The notes under the pieces: generated by a model | Told to the model about the DNA's origin: nothing | Database searches by the model: none | Seen by the model: the letters and a program-made list of their open reading frames with translations, nothing else | Part shown: positions 39,066 through 53,927 of the stretch, in pieces | Layout of the letters: every line of letters starts with the position of its first letter | Position numbering within the stretch: the first letter of the stretch is position 1 | Source of the DNA: Camelus ferus | Taxonomy: Eukaryota | Direction of reading: 5' to 3' | Length of the DNA stretch: 64,000 nt | Assembly: GCF_009834535.1 (NCBI RefSeq) | Contig: NC_045697.1 | Span: 64,668,001 to 64,732,000 of the forward strand | Made by a program: the position numbers and the translations under genes

Positions 39066-42000
39066 TTATTTTTAAAAATATTTTTGCTCTGTATATTAGT
39101 CAACACTTAAAAATATATTAAAAGCATGTTATTAGGTCCATCAAAAGCATATTCAGATATTCACTAGGTGGTCAGAGTTTTAATTTTGTAAAAGTCTTTC
39201 TCAAAATTGTTGGTTTATTTTCATTGGCATAGTTGAATGTATCCATGTATAACAGTAACAACAACAAACAAAACCATCGTAAGGGAAAAATGGAACTTTT
39301 AAAAATTAAATGCTGATGAAATAATGCATATAATTTGTACATCATTGAAAGTAAATTATTTCTCTTGAGGTAAAAGATGAATGTCCTATTAAATATATTA
39401 AAATTTCAGAATTGAAGATGTCTTAGTGTTTTTAGAAGCTACTTTGTCTGAGGAAGTGTTTGAAAAAATACAGCTGAAAGAATATTTCCTTAAAAGTAGT
39501 TACCAGGGTCACTATTTTTAAAAATACATCATTTGTGATATTGCTGAGGAAGAATTTCATCTTGGAGCTAAGAATTCTCATGCTCATGTTTTATAATAAC
39601 AGATCATGTCTTTGCGTCATTAAAGTTCTTTGACTCTGTGTTCTCTTTCCAGTTTAAATTGATGAGATAGCAAATGTATGGAAATTTATTCTACCTATTT
39701 GTAGTCTTCATCATATTCAAAGTTAGATGCATTTGTATGGTATGGGTTGGAGAGAATGGCAGGTAATCAGAACTAATTAGGAATTCACACACAGGAATAG
39801 TTAGAAGTACAAATTATAGGTATCTTCATTGGTGGTTTGTGAGAATGGAATGCCAACTTTCTTACGTGTTTGTAAGTTCTGTTTATTTTATAAGCCATTA
39901 CATAGCATTCTGCTCCAATTAGTTACACTAGTATTTATCTTAAGGCTTTATTAACCTGAGTAACAAATGGACACATGTTTTATTGAGGTGGACAGCATAC
40001 TGAAGTCAGTAGTTTCCCAAGATGATTTAGACCCTAGATAGTTATTTCATTGGTTTATTGTGCTCACCTCTATTAAAGACAATTATATCATATTGAAAAA
40101 GTAGTGTGGAATAATGACAATAACATAGGAAAAAACAAATGTTGGAAAAAACAAATTTCAGTGTGAAATCCTCTACTGAAACAGTTTCATCTTGACCAGA
40201 GATTTCGGGATTCTCATAGTAGGTAGTCACTCAAGACTCCCTAAAAGGAGTATTTTAGGACCTTGTGCCATTTTGATTATCCTCAAATTACTAATATTAA
40301 TCTTATAAATTATAGAAAGTACATATTCAAAATACTGGTAAATGATTTCTGGTTTGCATCATTAACTATAAGTGTGCATGATGAATAATAAATCCATGCA
40401 ATTGAAACACAAAATCTAACATCCTGTCTAAAAGTAAGAACAAAAATAGAATGGAAATTGAATAATATCTGGAATAGGAACTAATCAGCTAGTTTTGTCC
40501 TTGTTTATTTTATCTTCCTGTTTACTTATCTTTCTTCTCTACTGGACAGTAAACAACTTATAATAAGGCAGATTCTAGGTCTTGTATATGATTGCATTTC
40601 AGGTACCTGGCTTGTTTCCCCTGACATAATAGCTCAATAAATATTTGCTTAATCAGTATTTCTGAAAATAATCAATGGCTGACTGAAACATTTATTTGTA
40701 AAGTTCCTGAAGGAGACTTTTGTGAATGAAAGATCAACTACAGGCGTATATATTCATCTTGCATTAGTAACATCTCAGTTAAATTATGCTCCATATCCAT
40801 AGGTTCTAAGAGCACTGGTGCTGCTGCTGTATATTGCCGCTTTTATGTTCTGCTATAACTACACGCTCCCCAAGTCTAACATGAGCTTTCTTGTATCCTT
40901 TTTCTCATTGCTATCAGCTTAGCTCAGTTCTTTATCACAGAAAAATTGGCTTACAGCAACAAACTAAAAACTGGTGTCTTTGTCAAAAGCAGAAAGTGTT
41001 TTACTTAATTCTCTTTTCTTGCCATTTGACAATGGTACAATGACTGATGACATTTCTTATTATATTGAATTATCATTTTTTTCATTGTCATGTTTTACAC
41101 ATTTTTCTTGATCAAAACAATGTCTTATATAGAAAGGTGGAATCTGTTAAATAAATTTTGATTACCTTATTTAATTCCCATCTTTAATCCCATTTCCTTC
41201 CCCTTTGTATTTTCTCTGATATTTAGATATTTTTAGAGAATACAGTCTTAGCAATGTTTCCATGTTTAGTATTTACCCACATAATTATTTTAATCCTTTA
41301 AATCTTTGATTAGAAATCAGGAATCTGGTCTCTTTTCTTGAGTCTGTGTATGTGTATATACATATATGTGCACATGATGTCAAGACAATAAAGCAATTCA
41401 TTTCCAACATTCTGTAATCTTTTGTATAAGATTAGATGACTATTAATTATTCTGTGATTTCTTCAGAAGATGTTAAAGACAAAACCATTTCTAACCCTTT
41501 TTGGTGTCATTTTATAGAGCGCTGTTTGGTGATGTGCATTGATAACTAGATCAACATAATTTTAGGTTAATTCAGTAATACTTTTTTTCAAATTAGGCTT
41601 TGGATATTTTCCCTAATTTTGAAAAGAATATCAAGGCTAATAATGAGATTTTCTATATGGATAGACTTTCCTTGAGGTCAGTCTATTCCCAGGATCTGAA
41701 CCTCTAGTTATGCATAAACTTGCTTCTTTAAAATAAATGTATTTTTACTTCTTCCTATCTTAAAAGGCTGGTGTATATTCATTAGGACCAGGTGGATTTT
41801 ATGAGGAAGACCCTTTCCTAAGTCAAATCTTACAAAGGCTTTGGGTATAAAGGGGACTTTATTAAACTTGTTGGTTTCCACTAAGTGTATTCTGGAAAGA
41901 CTGTTATGAACTGTCAGGAGCAATTCTCTTCCTTGACTATTAAATTGTTTGCAATCACTGAAGTTAGAGGGTTCCTTGGTTATAAAGCAGTCTCAAGGAT

Positions 42001-44544
42001 TTAACCCTCCTCAGTGGTGTATAATTAGCAAGTGGGTCCAAACTTTCCTTCAATATCAAACTATATTTTGTTCATGTGAACATGTATTTATGTCTGTGGA
42101 ACTTCTGTTTTGTTGCTTGATTTGGGGAAAGAGTTTTTGAGATTTTATTTTAAACATCTTTTTTCTTTCTTTAACCCTGGATTGTTTGACAGATTCTTCC
42201 TAGGAAAAAACTTTAGTTGTTAGGCACTTGTTATATGTATATCAGAGGGAATTTTACTCATAAGATAATCAGATAACCAGACTGTTAAAATTAGAATAAA
42301 CTCAAAGGATGTATACCTAGAATAATTTACATGTATTACATATTTTACATTTACATGACAAAAACGATGTTGAATTTTGGTGATGTTACTAACAAAAAAC
42401 TTGAGCAGGTCCTATGAGTTAGTCACTGTGTTATCCCATTTAGTCTTCACAAAGCTCTGAAAGAAGGTTTTGCCAAGGTTACCAAGACACAGAGATAACA
42501 AGTGCCAGAGTAAAGTCTGAATCTGCTGGTATAATTGCCGCACTTGTTAACACTGGACTGAAATGACTTTGTTACACATGAATTACAAAATGTGGCTTCA
42601 ACACTAATGTTTGATTTTTATGTGTTTTATATTTGTAGGTCATATCAATATTTCTAATTTTACTAGAAAAAGACTATGCACATAATAGGCATTTAATACA
42701 TATTTAAAACATAATAAAGTTATCATTTAAAATAATAATACAGCATTACATTTTCTGCATTGGTAGTGCTTGAGTAGATAAAATACAACAGTAATTTTGT
42801 GATAAATTTTATATACTTGACTTGGGATGAACACAAACAAAATGCCAGAGTAGAAGAAATAAGTAACAAACATCAAACTACTTTCACATAGACAGAAAGT
42901 GTGCAGAGTATTTAAAAATCACTTTTGTGGTAGTAGAGCAATGAGAGCATTCATGTGGAACCTATTTCATTTTAGAATGTATTTCTAGTCAAGGAAAACC
43001 AGAATTCTCCCCATGGAAGAGTATCTAGATCAAAGAAACTTCTTCTTACTTCAGATTCTTAAATCACAAAAATATTTGGAACACATTTCAAGCTCCTGGT
43101 GTCCATTGGGTTTATTCTAACTCTGAATATCTGATTATTGGTCATTGGGAAGAAAATCTTTCTCAGGATGTGCAGTTAGTTGCTATGGGAGAATATTTAA
43201 CATGCTTAGTAGCAACATATTTTCCCAATTATCCATGCGAGAAACAAGGTAGGGGACCTCTGCTGTATAAACAGATGGTGAGAGAATTTTAGGTGACTGA
43301 GGGGATTGCAAGCAAGAGGGTAATAATTTTACATAGCTATTAAGACAATAAGAAGGATTGATACAATTGTCCCCTTAAGGCATAAGAGTGAATGTTGGCT
43401 AATTATAAAAAATTAACTGACCTACTGACCTGACTATAATGTAGGCAAGAATGAATGAGATCAGGGTACATAGACACCATGGGATCTGAATGAGGGAGTC
43501 CACCAGTTTCACTTATCAAGAAAGTGGTTATTGATTGCTTAATATTCATAAAAAACAACATAATATAAAATAAGACATTTAAAATATACTAACTCATGTA
43601 GAATTAATTCTAAGTTAAAATGCAGACTCATTACATGGAATGGTTACTATTTGACTTGAGCACTTCCTGATTTGTGGGTAAGTTGTGGGGTGGAAGGAAC
43701 ATCAGAATACATTCTTATGCTCTTCTGGTAAGGTCTGAAAGAATTTTGGGTAGTACTAAGCTCCATGACACATTTATACTGAATTTTCGATACAACTGTG
43801 AGTAATCATCATGGCTAAATTAACTGAAGAGAGATTTAAAAGAAATGTGTATGAAATGAAATTTTATTTCCTCAAGACTGTTTGAGAAAGAACTATACAT
43901 CTCCTTCAACAGACATTACTATGCACTGAATATATAAATTTTTTAGATAACAGGCTATCACATAAGCACCACATTCTTTAAATTCATATTAAGTATTTTG
44001 AAAATAACTCTTTACAGAGTGCATTGCACATTTTTTTATTCTCCTTCAACAACTGATATTCATAATAATTCAAAAGGACTCCCACTTGTTGAATTTATGC
44101 TCATGTTCCTTTACCTTGTATTCCTTCTTTCTGGACGTCTGCAGTCACTGCTTCTGGTGTATTGTGACCCTCCTTCTAGTTATATCTTTCCTTTGAAGAT
44201 TTTCAGCCTACTGGGATCTGAAAAAACAGACAGTCCAACTTCTTAGATCTTGTATAAATGAAGAGTAATAAAAGTCTGAGTGAAGATTTAGCAGCCTTTG
44301 CCTTAAGTTGAATGGGCTTCATACATCAGATTTCAAGTAAAAGTCAGACAATCATCACTAAAACTGTAAAGGAAATTTGAACACTAGATTGAAAGAGGAA
44401 AAGTTAGAATTTAGGTCATTTCCGGTACTCTTTCCAGAGAGCCCTTTTTTTGGTCTTTCACATTTCCAACCATGTTCATTTATGTTAATTAAAATAATTG
44501 CAGTTAGTTTTTAGAGTTCTTATAGAGTGTGAGACTAAAATGAA

Positions 44545-44617
44545 GGATCTGATGATATTTTAAAGCATTACTTAAGGAAATTTTCTGAATTAAGATCTTT
44601 AATAAAAGACATCTTAA
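44545..44617 (+). repeat. 73-bp dispersed duplication, copy 1
   Basis: 72/73 identical to 45710-45782. Confidence 0.95.
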
Positions 44618-45413
44618 TATGATAGTATGATTTGTTTTCTAAATTGGGATATTTTGAGAATGAAAAGGAGTGCTATTAATAATTTTGTTAGGAGAGTAAA
44701 TATGAACTGAGATTTTTCCCTGGCTAGCCAAGATGGACATATGGTCATCCCAACCTGAAAGTGTCCTGTTTGCCAAAAAATCCATCAGCTATAATTTTTT
44801 CAGTGAATTAAAAACATTTTTATTTAGTTCAACCACTTTCAGAAATTATGTTGTTTTATTTTCAGGATCCAACACATTTATCTCTAGTTCCCTAAAACTG
44901 GAGCAAAAGAAAGCACATAGTTAATACTACGTTTTTCCTTTTGGTCTTCTACATTAAAGTCATACAAGGAAGTCACAGATCCTTGTTCAGACCTTAGTTC
45001 ACAGCTTAATTTTAGTCTTCTTTTATATATTAAATAAATAGTTTAGGGGGGGAAAACTGAATAAATAATGTTTTTTCTAGGAAAAAAAGTAATTTCTTTG
45101 AGACTTTTTGTCCACCTTAATGCTTCTAGATAATTCCATGTTTTCTTTGAAGGCTTAAATATTTTTTATTTCTTCTTTGTGATTTTTCCTTGGAAATCCT
45201 ACTTAGTAGGTGCCAAAACATATTTAGCAGGTGGTAGCTAATTTTAATTTTAATGAAGCTAATCTTTTCAGAGTAGAATAACATAAGGTTTTACCATCTG
45301 TGTGTCTCCTATTTAGTTTAACCATGTTGGAGAAATCTAAAAGAAGACCTATGAAATAAAAAGCTCTATGTTGTTCAACACCAGCCTTAAACACCTGAAA
45401 GCATTACTATTTT

Positions 45414-45612
45414 ATTTATTCAGTTATTTGTTCGTGTGTCTATTTATTTGTTTATTTAATTGAAATATGGTTGATTTACAATATTAGTTTCAGGTGTACA
45501 ACATAGTGATTCAATATTTTTATAGATTATATTCCATTTAAAGCTATTGCAAAATTATGGCTATATTTCCCTGTGCTGTACAATGCATACTTGTTGCTTA
45601 TATAAAATAGAT
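45414..45612 (-). mobile_element. Short L1 3' end with 12-nt 5' micro-inversion
   Basis: attgaaatatggttgatttaca…ttccctgtgctgtaca…ttgttgctta followed by the inverted tataaaatagat. The TSD aagca(t/c)tactatttt occurs at 45399-45413 and 45613-45627. Confidence 0.85.
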
Positions 45613-45709
45613 AAGCACTACTATTTTAAATATGAAATGTATATAAGGAGATTATAAAGGTTAATATAATAGCCTCTAATTTTTAAAAAAAATTATACCT
45701 TCACAATTT

Positions 45710-45782
45710 GGATCTGATGATATTTTAAAGCATTACTGAAGGAAATTTTCTGAATTAAGATCTTTAATAAAAGACATCTTAA
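45710..45782 (+). repeat. 73-bp dispersed duplication, copy 2
   Basis: 72/73 identical to 44545-44617. Confidence 0.95.
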
Positions 45783-46460
45783 AATCTGGCTGAGAATTTT
45801 CTCAGAATAGAAATGCTAAATAGTGTTTCAAGAATCAGACAGTTATAAATATTCTTAATCATTCCTTATGTTACACGTCATCACAGATTACTTCCTGACA
45901 CAATCCTTGTTTTCAACTTCTGTTCTGATGCACATTTAAACCTCCCTATTTGCTTCTGTTTTACTGCTAGCAAAAATTAAGTACCTGTCACCTTTATGGT
46001 GGCATCTAAATTTTCACACATTTAAATTTTTTTTTATGAAAAAGAATTATGGCATATGCTTGTTTTTTTTATTTTGGGAAATCAAAAATTCTCGATGCTT
46101 TTAAAAGTCACTTCTTAAATCTTATGCTATATAAGTAATAAATACAACTGTAAAACTGAACATTTAGTACATACTTAAGAAAGTGTTCAGGATTTCATGA
46201 GCTCACTGAAAGTAAAAAAATGGACTAAAAGAAAATATATATCTATGGTTGAAAATAAAGTGAGATATAGAAAATGAAGGGAGGCATTAAGGAGGAGTGT
46301 GTGGGAGGAGAGAGATGTAATAACTGATTACAGTGTAAGAATAAAGAGGTGAGCAAAGAATCCACACTTGCATGAGTGCTTTAGTCATTTTTGCTCTAAG
46401 TAGTCCTCTAGAGTTGTATAAGGAGTATAATATTATTTGAAGGTAAAGAACCAGCATTAT

Positions 46461-47201
46461 CTGGAGAGGCTGTGGAGAAAAGGGAACCCTCCTTCACTGC
46501 TGGTGGGAATGCAGTTTGGTGCAGCCACTGTGGAAAACAGTATGGAGATTCCTCAAAAGACTAGGAATAGACTTACCATATGATCTAGGAATCCCACTCC
46601 TGGGCATATATCCAGAAGGAATCCTACTTCAAAAAGACATCTGTACCCCGATGTTCATAGCAGCATTATTTACAACAGCCAAGACATGGAAACAGCCTAA
46701 ATTACCATCAACAGATGACTGGATAAAGAAGAGGTGGTATATTTATACAATGGAATACTACTCAGCCATAAAAACTGACAACATGATGCCATTTGCAGCA
46801 ACATGGATGCTCCTGGAAAATGTCATTCTAAGTGAAGTAAGCCAGAAAGAGAAAGAAGAATACCATATGAGATTGCTCATATGTGGAATTAAAAAAAAAA
46901 CCAAACAAAGCATAAATACAAAACAGAAATAGACTCATAGACATAGAATATAAACTTGTGGTTGCCAAGGGGGCAGGGAGTGGGAAGAGATAGACTGGGA
47001 TTTCAAAATTGTAGAATAGATAAACAAGATTATACTGTATAGCACAGGGAAATATATACAAGATCTTACGGTAGCTCACAGAGAAAAAAATGTAACAATG
47101 AATATATACATGTTCATGTATAACTGAAAAATTGTGCTCTACACTGGAATTTGACACAACATTGTAAAATGATTATAAATCAATAAAAAAAGTTAAAAAA
47201 A
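46461..47201 (+). mobile_element. Young 5'-truncated L1 (camelid-type 3' UTR)
   Basis: Open ORF2 C-terminus ([13 protein letters not shown]…EYYSAIK), 3' UTR and A-tail. A perfect 16-bp TSD aaagaaccagcattat occurs at 46445-46460 and 47202-47217. Confidence 0.95.
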
Positions 47202-47699
47202 AAAGAACCAGCATTATTAAATGGGTCCAAAGTCAACTCATGATTCATTGCAAAGTGGAGTGAATTTCAGAACTTACTTAGAAAAAAAGCACTGCACTTT
47301 TTTTTTTTTTTTTTAAGAAATAATGAACTTTGGGCATTAAGGGCATTTGTATGTACCAATTATGCTTAAATAACAAAGATAGCAAAACTTTTGCAAAAGA
47401 GAAATTTGCTAAATAGATGAAAAGAATAAGATGATTAATATTAGAAAATTATTTTCTTTTCAAAATCATTCCCTGAATTTTCTTTCTTAAGAAAGATGCT
47501 CTAGTGTATTTAATTGATTTTAAAATTATTAACTACTTAATAGATGGATCAGGAATATATAAAACATGACAAAATTAAAAGTGATTTAAATTATAAATTT
47601 ATCAGGTACAAAGTTTTTTAAACATCTCTGACAGTATTGTGCAAATTAATAGGGAAGCATAATTATGTTGACATGCAGCTGATAGAGGCTATGTCACTT

Positions 47700-48400
47700 C
47701 TGTAAATGTACAGATGCATATTCCTTCAGATATTCTCTGAGTTTCAAGCATTTTACTAAGATTTGTGTACATGTGTTTCTTTTATTAACAATCTTTATCC
47801 AGGAATTTAGTGATTCTTTTCTACCTCAAGATTTTCAAAATCAAAATTGTTTTCCAAATATCTTATTTTTCCTTCATAATTTCTGGTTTTGTGTTTTGTT
47901 GATCCTCAGTAGTAATTCATTTTCCTACTTTAGGTACTAAATTGAATTTTATTAAAAAAACAATTTTTTATACATTCCTTTGGAGATTAAATTAAAAATT
48001 CTTCTCTTTAAAAGGACATAAATCTCTTTTATTTCTCTTATTTTTTAATCAGACTGTCATTTGACTTCTCTGGCAACTCTTTTATTTGGAGCTAATCTTC
48101 TCTTTGTGTTTTATGTATTCTTCCTTTCTTTGACAGCCATTAATTTGCCGTCCACACTCTGGTTGTTGGGATGATTTAAATAGCTAAATCTATAAATTGG
48201 TATGCAGGTGTCTTTGTACAGGGGTACCCCTTTGAAGGGGTAGCGGTTGTCACAAAATCTTTCTCTTCTCCTGGAGGAATCTTTTCTGCTCCCTGATTTT
48301 CTCAACCTCAAATGTAGGCTCTGCCTTCCTCAGGTCTCTGGAAAACAGTGGCCAACACCTGATTTGACAGCTCCTATGGGGCCACCGAAACCACCAGATC
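47700..48400 (-). mobile_element. Possible ancient L1/HAL1 ORF1-region remnant
   Basis: Pyrimidine-rich strand bias and weak resemblance to ORF1 C-terminal sequence. Confidence 0.3.
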
Positions 48401-48417
48401 TTTTTGGCAGATGTTTC

Positions 48418-50035
48418 TTTTTTTAAAATTAATTTATTTTTATTGAAGTATAGGTGATCTACAATATTGTATTAGTTTCAGGTGTACAGTAGAGCTATTC
48501 AATTTTACATACATAAAGATTCTTTTTCAAATTCTTTTCTGTTATAGGTTATTACAATACATTGAATATAGTTCCCTGTGCAATAAATAGGTCCTTGCTG
48601 TTTACCTATTATACATATAGTAGGGTGTATATGTTAATCCCAAACTTCTAATTTATCCCTCCCCCTACCTGCTTCCCCTTTGGTAACCATATTTTGTTTT
48701 CTGTCTGTGAATCTATATCTGGTTTGTAAATAAGTTTGTTTGTATCTTTTTTTTAATACTCCAGATATAAATGATATCATATGGTATTTGTCCTCTATCT
48801 GTCTTACTTCATTTAATATGATGATCTCTGAATCCATCCATGTTGCTTCAAATGGCATTATTTCATTCTTTTTATGGCTAAGTAATATCTCATTGTATTC
48901 ATTGAAGATACATATCTATCTATCTCTCTATCTTTATCCATTTATCTGTTGATGAACATTTAGATTGCTTCCATGTCTTGGCTGTTGTAAACAGTGCTGC
49001 TGTGAACATTGGAGTGCATGTATCTTTTTCTGTTAGAGTTTCCTCTGGATATATTCCCGGGAATGGGATTGCTGAGATATAATGTAAGTCTATTTTTAGT
49101 TTTTAAAGGAACCTCCATACTGTCCTCCATAGTGGCTGCACAAATTTATATTCCCACCAGCAGTGTAAGAGGGTTCCTTTTCTCCACACCCTCTCCAGCA
49201 TTTATTATTTGTAGACTATTTAATGATGGCCATTCTGACTGGTGTGAGATGATACCTCATTGTAGTTTTGATTTGCATTTCTCTAATAATTAACCATATT
49301 GAGCATCTTTTCTTGTGCCTGTTGGCCATATATATGTCTTCTTTGGATAAATGTCTGTTTAGATCTTCTGCACGTTTTTTGATTGGGCTGCTTGTTTTTT
49401 TTTTTTTTTTTTTTGATATTAAGCTGTATGAGCTGCTCATATATGTTGGAAATTAATCCCTTGTTGGTCTCATTTGCAAATATTTTCTTCCATTCTGCAG
49501 GTTGTCTTTTCATTTTGTTTCTGGTTTCCTTTGGTGTGCCGAAGCTTAAAAGTTTAATTAGGTCCCATTTGCTTATTTTTGCTTTTATTTCCATTACTCT
49601 AATAGATTGACTGAAAAAAATATTGCTGCAGTTTATGTTAAATGTTATTGTAACATTCTGCTTATGTTTTCCTAGGAGTTTTAGAGTATTCAGTTTACAT
49701 TTAGGTCTTTAATTCACTTTTAGTTTATTTTTGTATATGGTGTTAGAGAATGTTCTAATTTCATTCTTTTACAAGCAGCTGTCCAGTTTTCCCAACATTG
49801 CTTACTGAAGAGACTTTTTTCCATTGTATATTCTTACCTCTTTTGTCATAGATTAATTGACCATAAGTGCATGGGTTTATTTCTGGGCTTTCTGTACTAT
49901 TCCATTGATATGTTTGTCTGCTTTTGTGCCAGTACTATACTGTTTTGATTACTATAGTTTTGTAGTATAGTATGAAGTTAGGGAGCATGATTCCTCAAGC
50001 TCTGTTCATTCTCAAGATTGTTTTGGCTATTTGAG
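48418..50035 (-). mobile_element. 5'-truncated L1 (artiodactyl-type)
   Basis: Antisense ORF2 pieces ([45 protein letters not shown]) and 3' UTR. tgtttctt is a possible TSD. Confidence 0.92.
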
Positions 50036-53000
50036 TGAGTGTTTCTTAAATTAATATTCTTCTTATTTCATGAGGACCTCACAGTATTACTCAAACCCCT
50101 CAGAACTCCCTTTTTTCCCAACAATTCATTCATACTCTGTTCCATACACCGAGTTTCCAGCTCTGGTCTCCATTATTTCATTATGTAAAAGACTTGTATA
50201 CTATTCTTCTGAATGACAATAGAAATGTAGGTGTATCTCTGATGCTTCAGCCCTGTCCACCAGTCCCAGAAGAGCCTTCTCTCTAGAGGAGTGATGGTTA
50301 ATTGAATTACACTGGGGAAGGAAGGACAGTAGGAATGCATTCAGGAATGTCTAGTGATGTAATTTCAGAAGTATACTTTAATTGACAATAATTTGGCAGC
50401 AATTGAATTTTTCTATAATAGAAGCAGGTAATACAGTTCAGGGGTGGCCAACTATTGTGTGACAGGAAATGAAGTGAATATTGGCTAAATTATCTGGTAA
50501 GTGGTATGTGGTACCAATGGGCTCATTCTCCCAGCAGTGCAATTCAACATTTGTTGAATACTTAAAGTATGCTCCGAGCTCTGTGTCTAGCTGGTGTGTG
50601 AGAAGAACTAGGAATAAGACAAGGATCTTGATTTCGATGTGCTCACAAAAAGGGTTTGCACAGGAAACATGAGGGCAATGGTGAGAATGTCAGCTTACGG
50701 GAAGTTCTAGCTTCATAGTGTTCTACAAGAAAAATGATTACAAGGTACAAAGACAGTGTCACACTGGCACCATCTCATCATGCCTTCTCCCTCTAGTACC
50801 AAAATTTTGCAAGCTCCTTAGTACCCTCTCTGAGGTATATGTCATTTCAAGCTTCAGTGAACAATACATGCCAGCAGCCTACACTGTCTCGTTGCCCAGT
50901 TCTGCAAACTAGTCTAGTAGATTGGGGTCCAATAACTAGTCACAGTGGAAATACTGTGAGTCCATACTGTCATCAGTATTTAAAATTTCTTCCTGCTACA
51001 CTTTTAAAGTTTTATCCTAAGAACTAAATGTTTGCTTACATATATTTGAGATTGTGTTTAATATGACAATAAAGACAAATAAAACAGAAGCCATATGCAG
51101 CAGCCTGATAGTTTTGTTTCTAGATGTAGGCATAGACTCTTTCTTTAGATTAAATTTTGAATTTACTTCATTCTTACATCATAGTACAGTTTTTTCTCTT
51201 TTATGTGACTTCTAAGCAGAATAGCTTATTAATATATATGTACCTTTTCTTGTTAATTCCTTTGGAAATTGTCTTCTGAACAAATTATGAATTAAATAGT
51301 CAGTGTTTCTTTTTTGAAAACTAATTTAGTTAAGAACCAAATGATCATACTTTTACTACAGAGTGAGCAAGCATTTAAAATATTCTAAAAATGTATTTCT
51401 GTTACAGTTAAGAAAATTTCCATTTCTACTTTATAAATTCAATTAATGTTAGAAAGAATAACTTTGTCTGCTTACATTAGTTTAGAAATTATGTGTAAGC
51501 TAAAAGCTTTATTAAAATTATCATTAATTAAAACTAATATCAAACATTCCACAATTATTAGAGGTTAAATCAAATTTTCTGGAAGATTTTCTGCAGATGT
51601 TTTCTACCTTAGGTAAAGCTGTTGCTACACTAAAATCAAATGGTTAAATAAAAAAAAAAGTTAACACAAAAGTTTATTTGATTTTTCTGGATAGTCTTAC
51701 GGAATATAGCATACACACGTGCATCTACTTCATGCATTAGAAGGAGTGTTTTAAGTAAGAAGGCTGGTCTGGAACATCAATGGTATAGTTATCATATAAG
51801 TACTTTTTAAGAGTGAATTACTTTTTGATACAAAGATACGTGTTATTCCCCCCAAATTCTTGGAAATCTATTAAGCAGCATTGTTTTGAAGATAAGGCAA
51901 ATATTTTGCAGATATTGTATGACTATTATTTTGCAGATAATAGCAGTGATCTAATGCCAGGTGATTTTCAAAAGTAAAGGTAATGAAGTGAATCTCCTTA
52001 TTACAGGTGATTTTAAAACGAGTCCCTTGAAATGTGGATACCTTGACCATAAATTTATTTAAACACTTTCTCCTCTAGAAACCCAGAAGTCCTTGCATTC
52101 ATTATGTACATGCTATCTAGCAGCTGAGAATGTGACAATAAAGTGGTAATACTTCATATACTCTTTATAGTAAGCATGTACTATTTTCTTAAACAAAAAT
52201 TCACTTGAATTTCAGAGATCATAATTTTAAATAAGGTGGAGTTTCTGCTTTCTGAATCTCAGCAAAATAAATTTACTAAGGTCATTTTGACATAATTAAG
52301 CAATTAAGATTGTAACATCTTGGTATTGGAAACTTAATTGTACATCAGATTAGTCTACTTCATCTCAAAGAGAGAACCAACAAATCTTCTCATGTTAGAT
52401 TAGGATTTATGGCCCCCTTCAAATTCCTTGATCTCATTATCAATTTTTGTGAGACTTATTTAAAAGAATTCTTGGTGTTCTTTGAAGAATCTGATAGCAT
52501 ATCACAAGTTTATTTCCCAGATCATTATCTCTGTATTTCTCAATTCAATACACTTTCAAGAAGCCCCTCTGGGATGATGCCCAATCCCAGAGCAGCACAA
52601 CTTCTGTTCCTTTGAACGTTCTTAGTACTGTATGTTTTTACTTTTCTTATGACACTTGTAGATATGAGTTAATGCTAGGAATTATTTTTCTTACATTATA
52701 AAGATAGGATAAAGCTGTAAGGAGGTTTTAAGTACTTCATAAAATGATGAAGAAGCTCTACCAGGGATACTCCATAATAAGCATGAGTATGTCTTGAACT
52801 CAATAAGGTAGAAAATATTGTGCTGTGAACTGTAGAAGTTCAAGGAGTGTGAGCCATTTTCCCTGATCTCAAGACAATAGTAGTCTAGTCGATGATACAA
52901 GAAATAAAAATATGAAAATATCAATAAAAGGTTTATATATCAGCTCAGGACCTGAAATGTGTAGTACCTGGTAACAGTGAACCCTATTAAGTGGACCATA

Positions 53001-53927
53001 ATTAAAATATGATTTTATAGGATGGAAAAATCATGTCAGAATTCAATGTTAATAAAGATTTTTATAAAAATTGGAATAATAATTGTGTTGAATGGTAAAA
53101 TTTGAATAGTCGGAGTAGAGGAGAAAAGGATATTTTTTGTATTTGAAAAAATGTAGCAAAATCATAGAGATATGCATTAGAGTGACTGTGAAAGTTTCAT
53201 TCTGTGAGATGAGAGTCTAAGAGGAACAAATAGCAGAACTGAAGAAAAAACTAAATTCATAGGGGCCTCTGTGTGATGAAAGAACAGAGAGGGTTACAGG
53301 TCAGGACTGTGTGCTATGTAAGTAAGTTTAGGATTCAGGGTAGTGTTGGTAAGCAGGCATCACGTAGAATGAGAAGAAAATGGTGGACTCTTTGCAGAAA
53401 TGTGTTGAGATTGCCCAGGAAGAGACTAGTCCACTGTATTTGGCTTTCCTAAACCTATTAAATAATACTGTTGTCCCATTTCAAAGGAAGTTAGTAAGGA
53501 GTATTTTTCTTTATTATGTTTTTGTAGCAATTGGGATAATTATCGTCTCTAGTAAGCTTCAGCATCAGCTAACCTGAAAAGCACAACTCTTTCTGATATG
53601 GTTAATGGTAGAACATGAAAATTTGGCAAGTGGTTTGAGAAAAATTTTAAGAGTAAACAGACAGGTTCTTGAAATAATTATGCTTGCTAGCATCCGAGGT
53701 TCATTAAAGTTATGCCCTATATTTCTTTCTTTATTTTTTGCCTGGAAATTATTTTGTCATTAAAGTAGAAAAAACTAAAAATTTCATTTGAGCATGGCAA
53801 AAATATAGATGCATATAGTAGAGCCAGTTATATTAAGGCTTTTCCCCAATATGGATATTTATATTAGAGAAAGGGGGAATAAAAGTATATTTATGTTATA
53901 CCAAAATACTGATTACACCAGAAAAAC

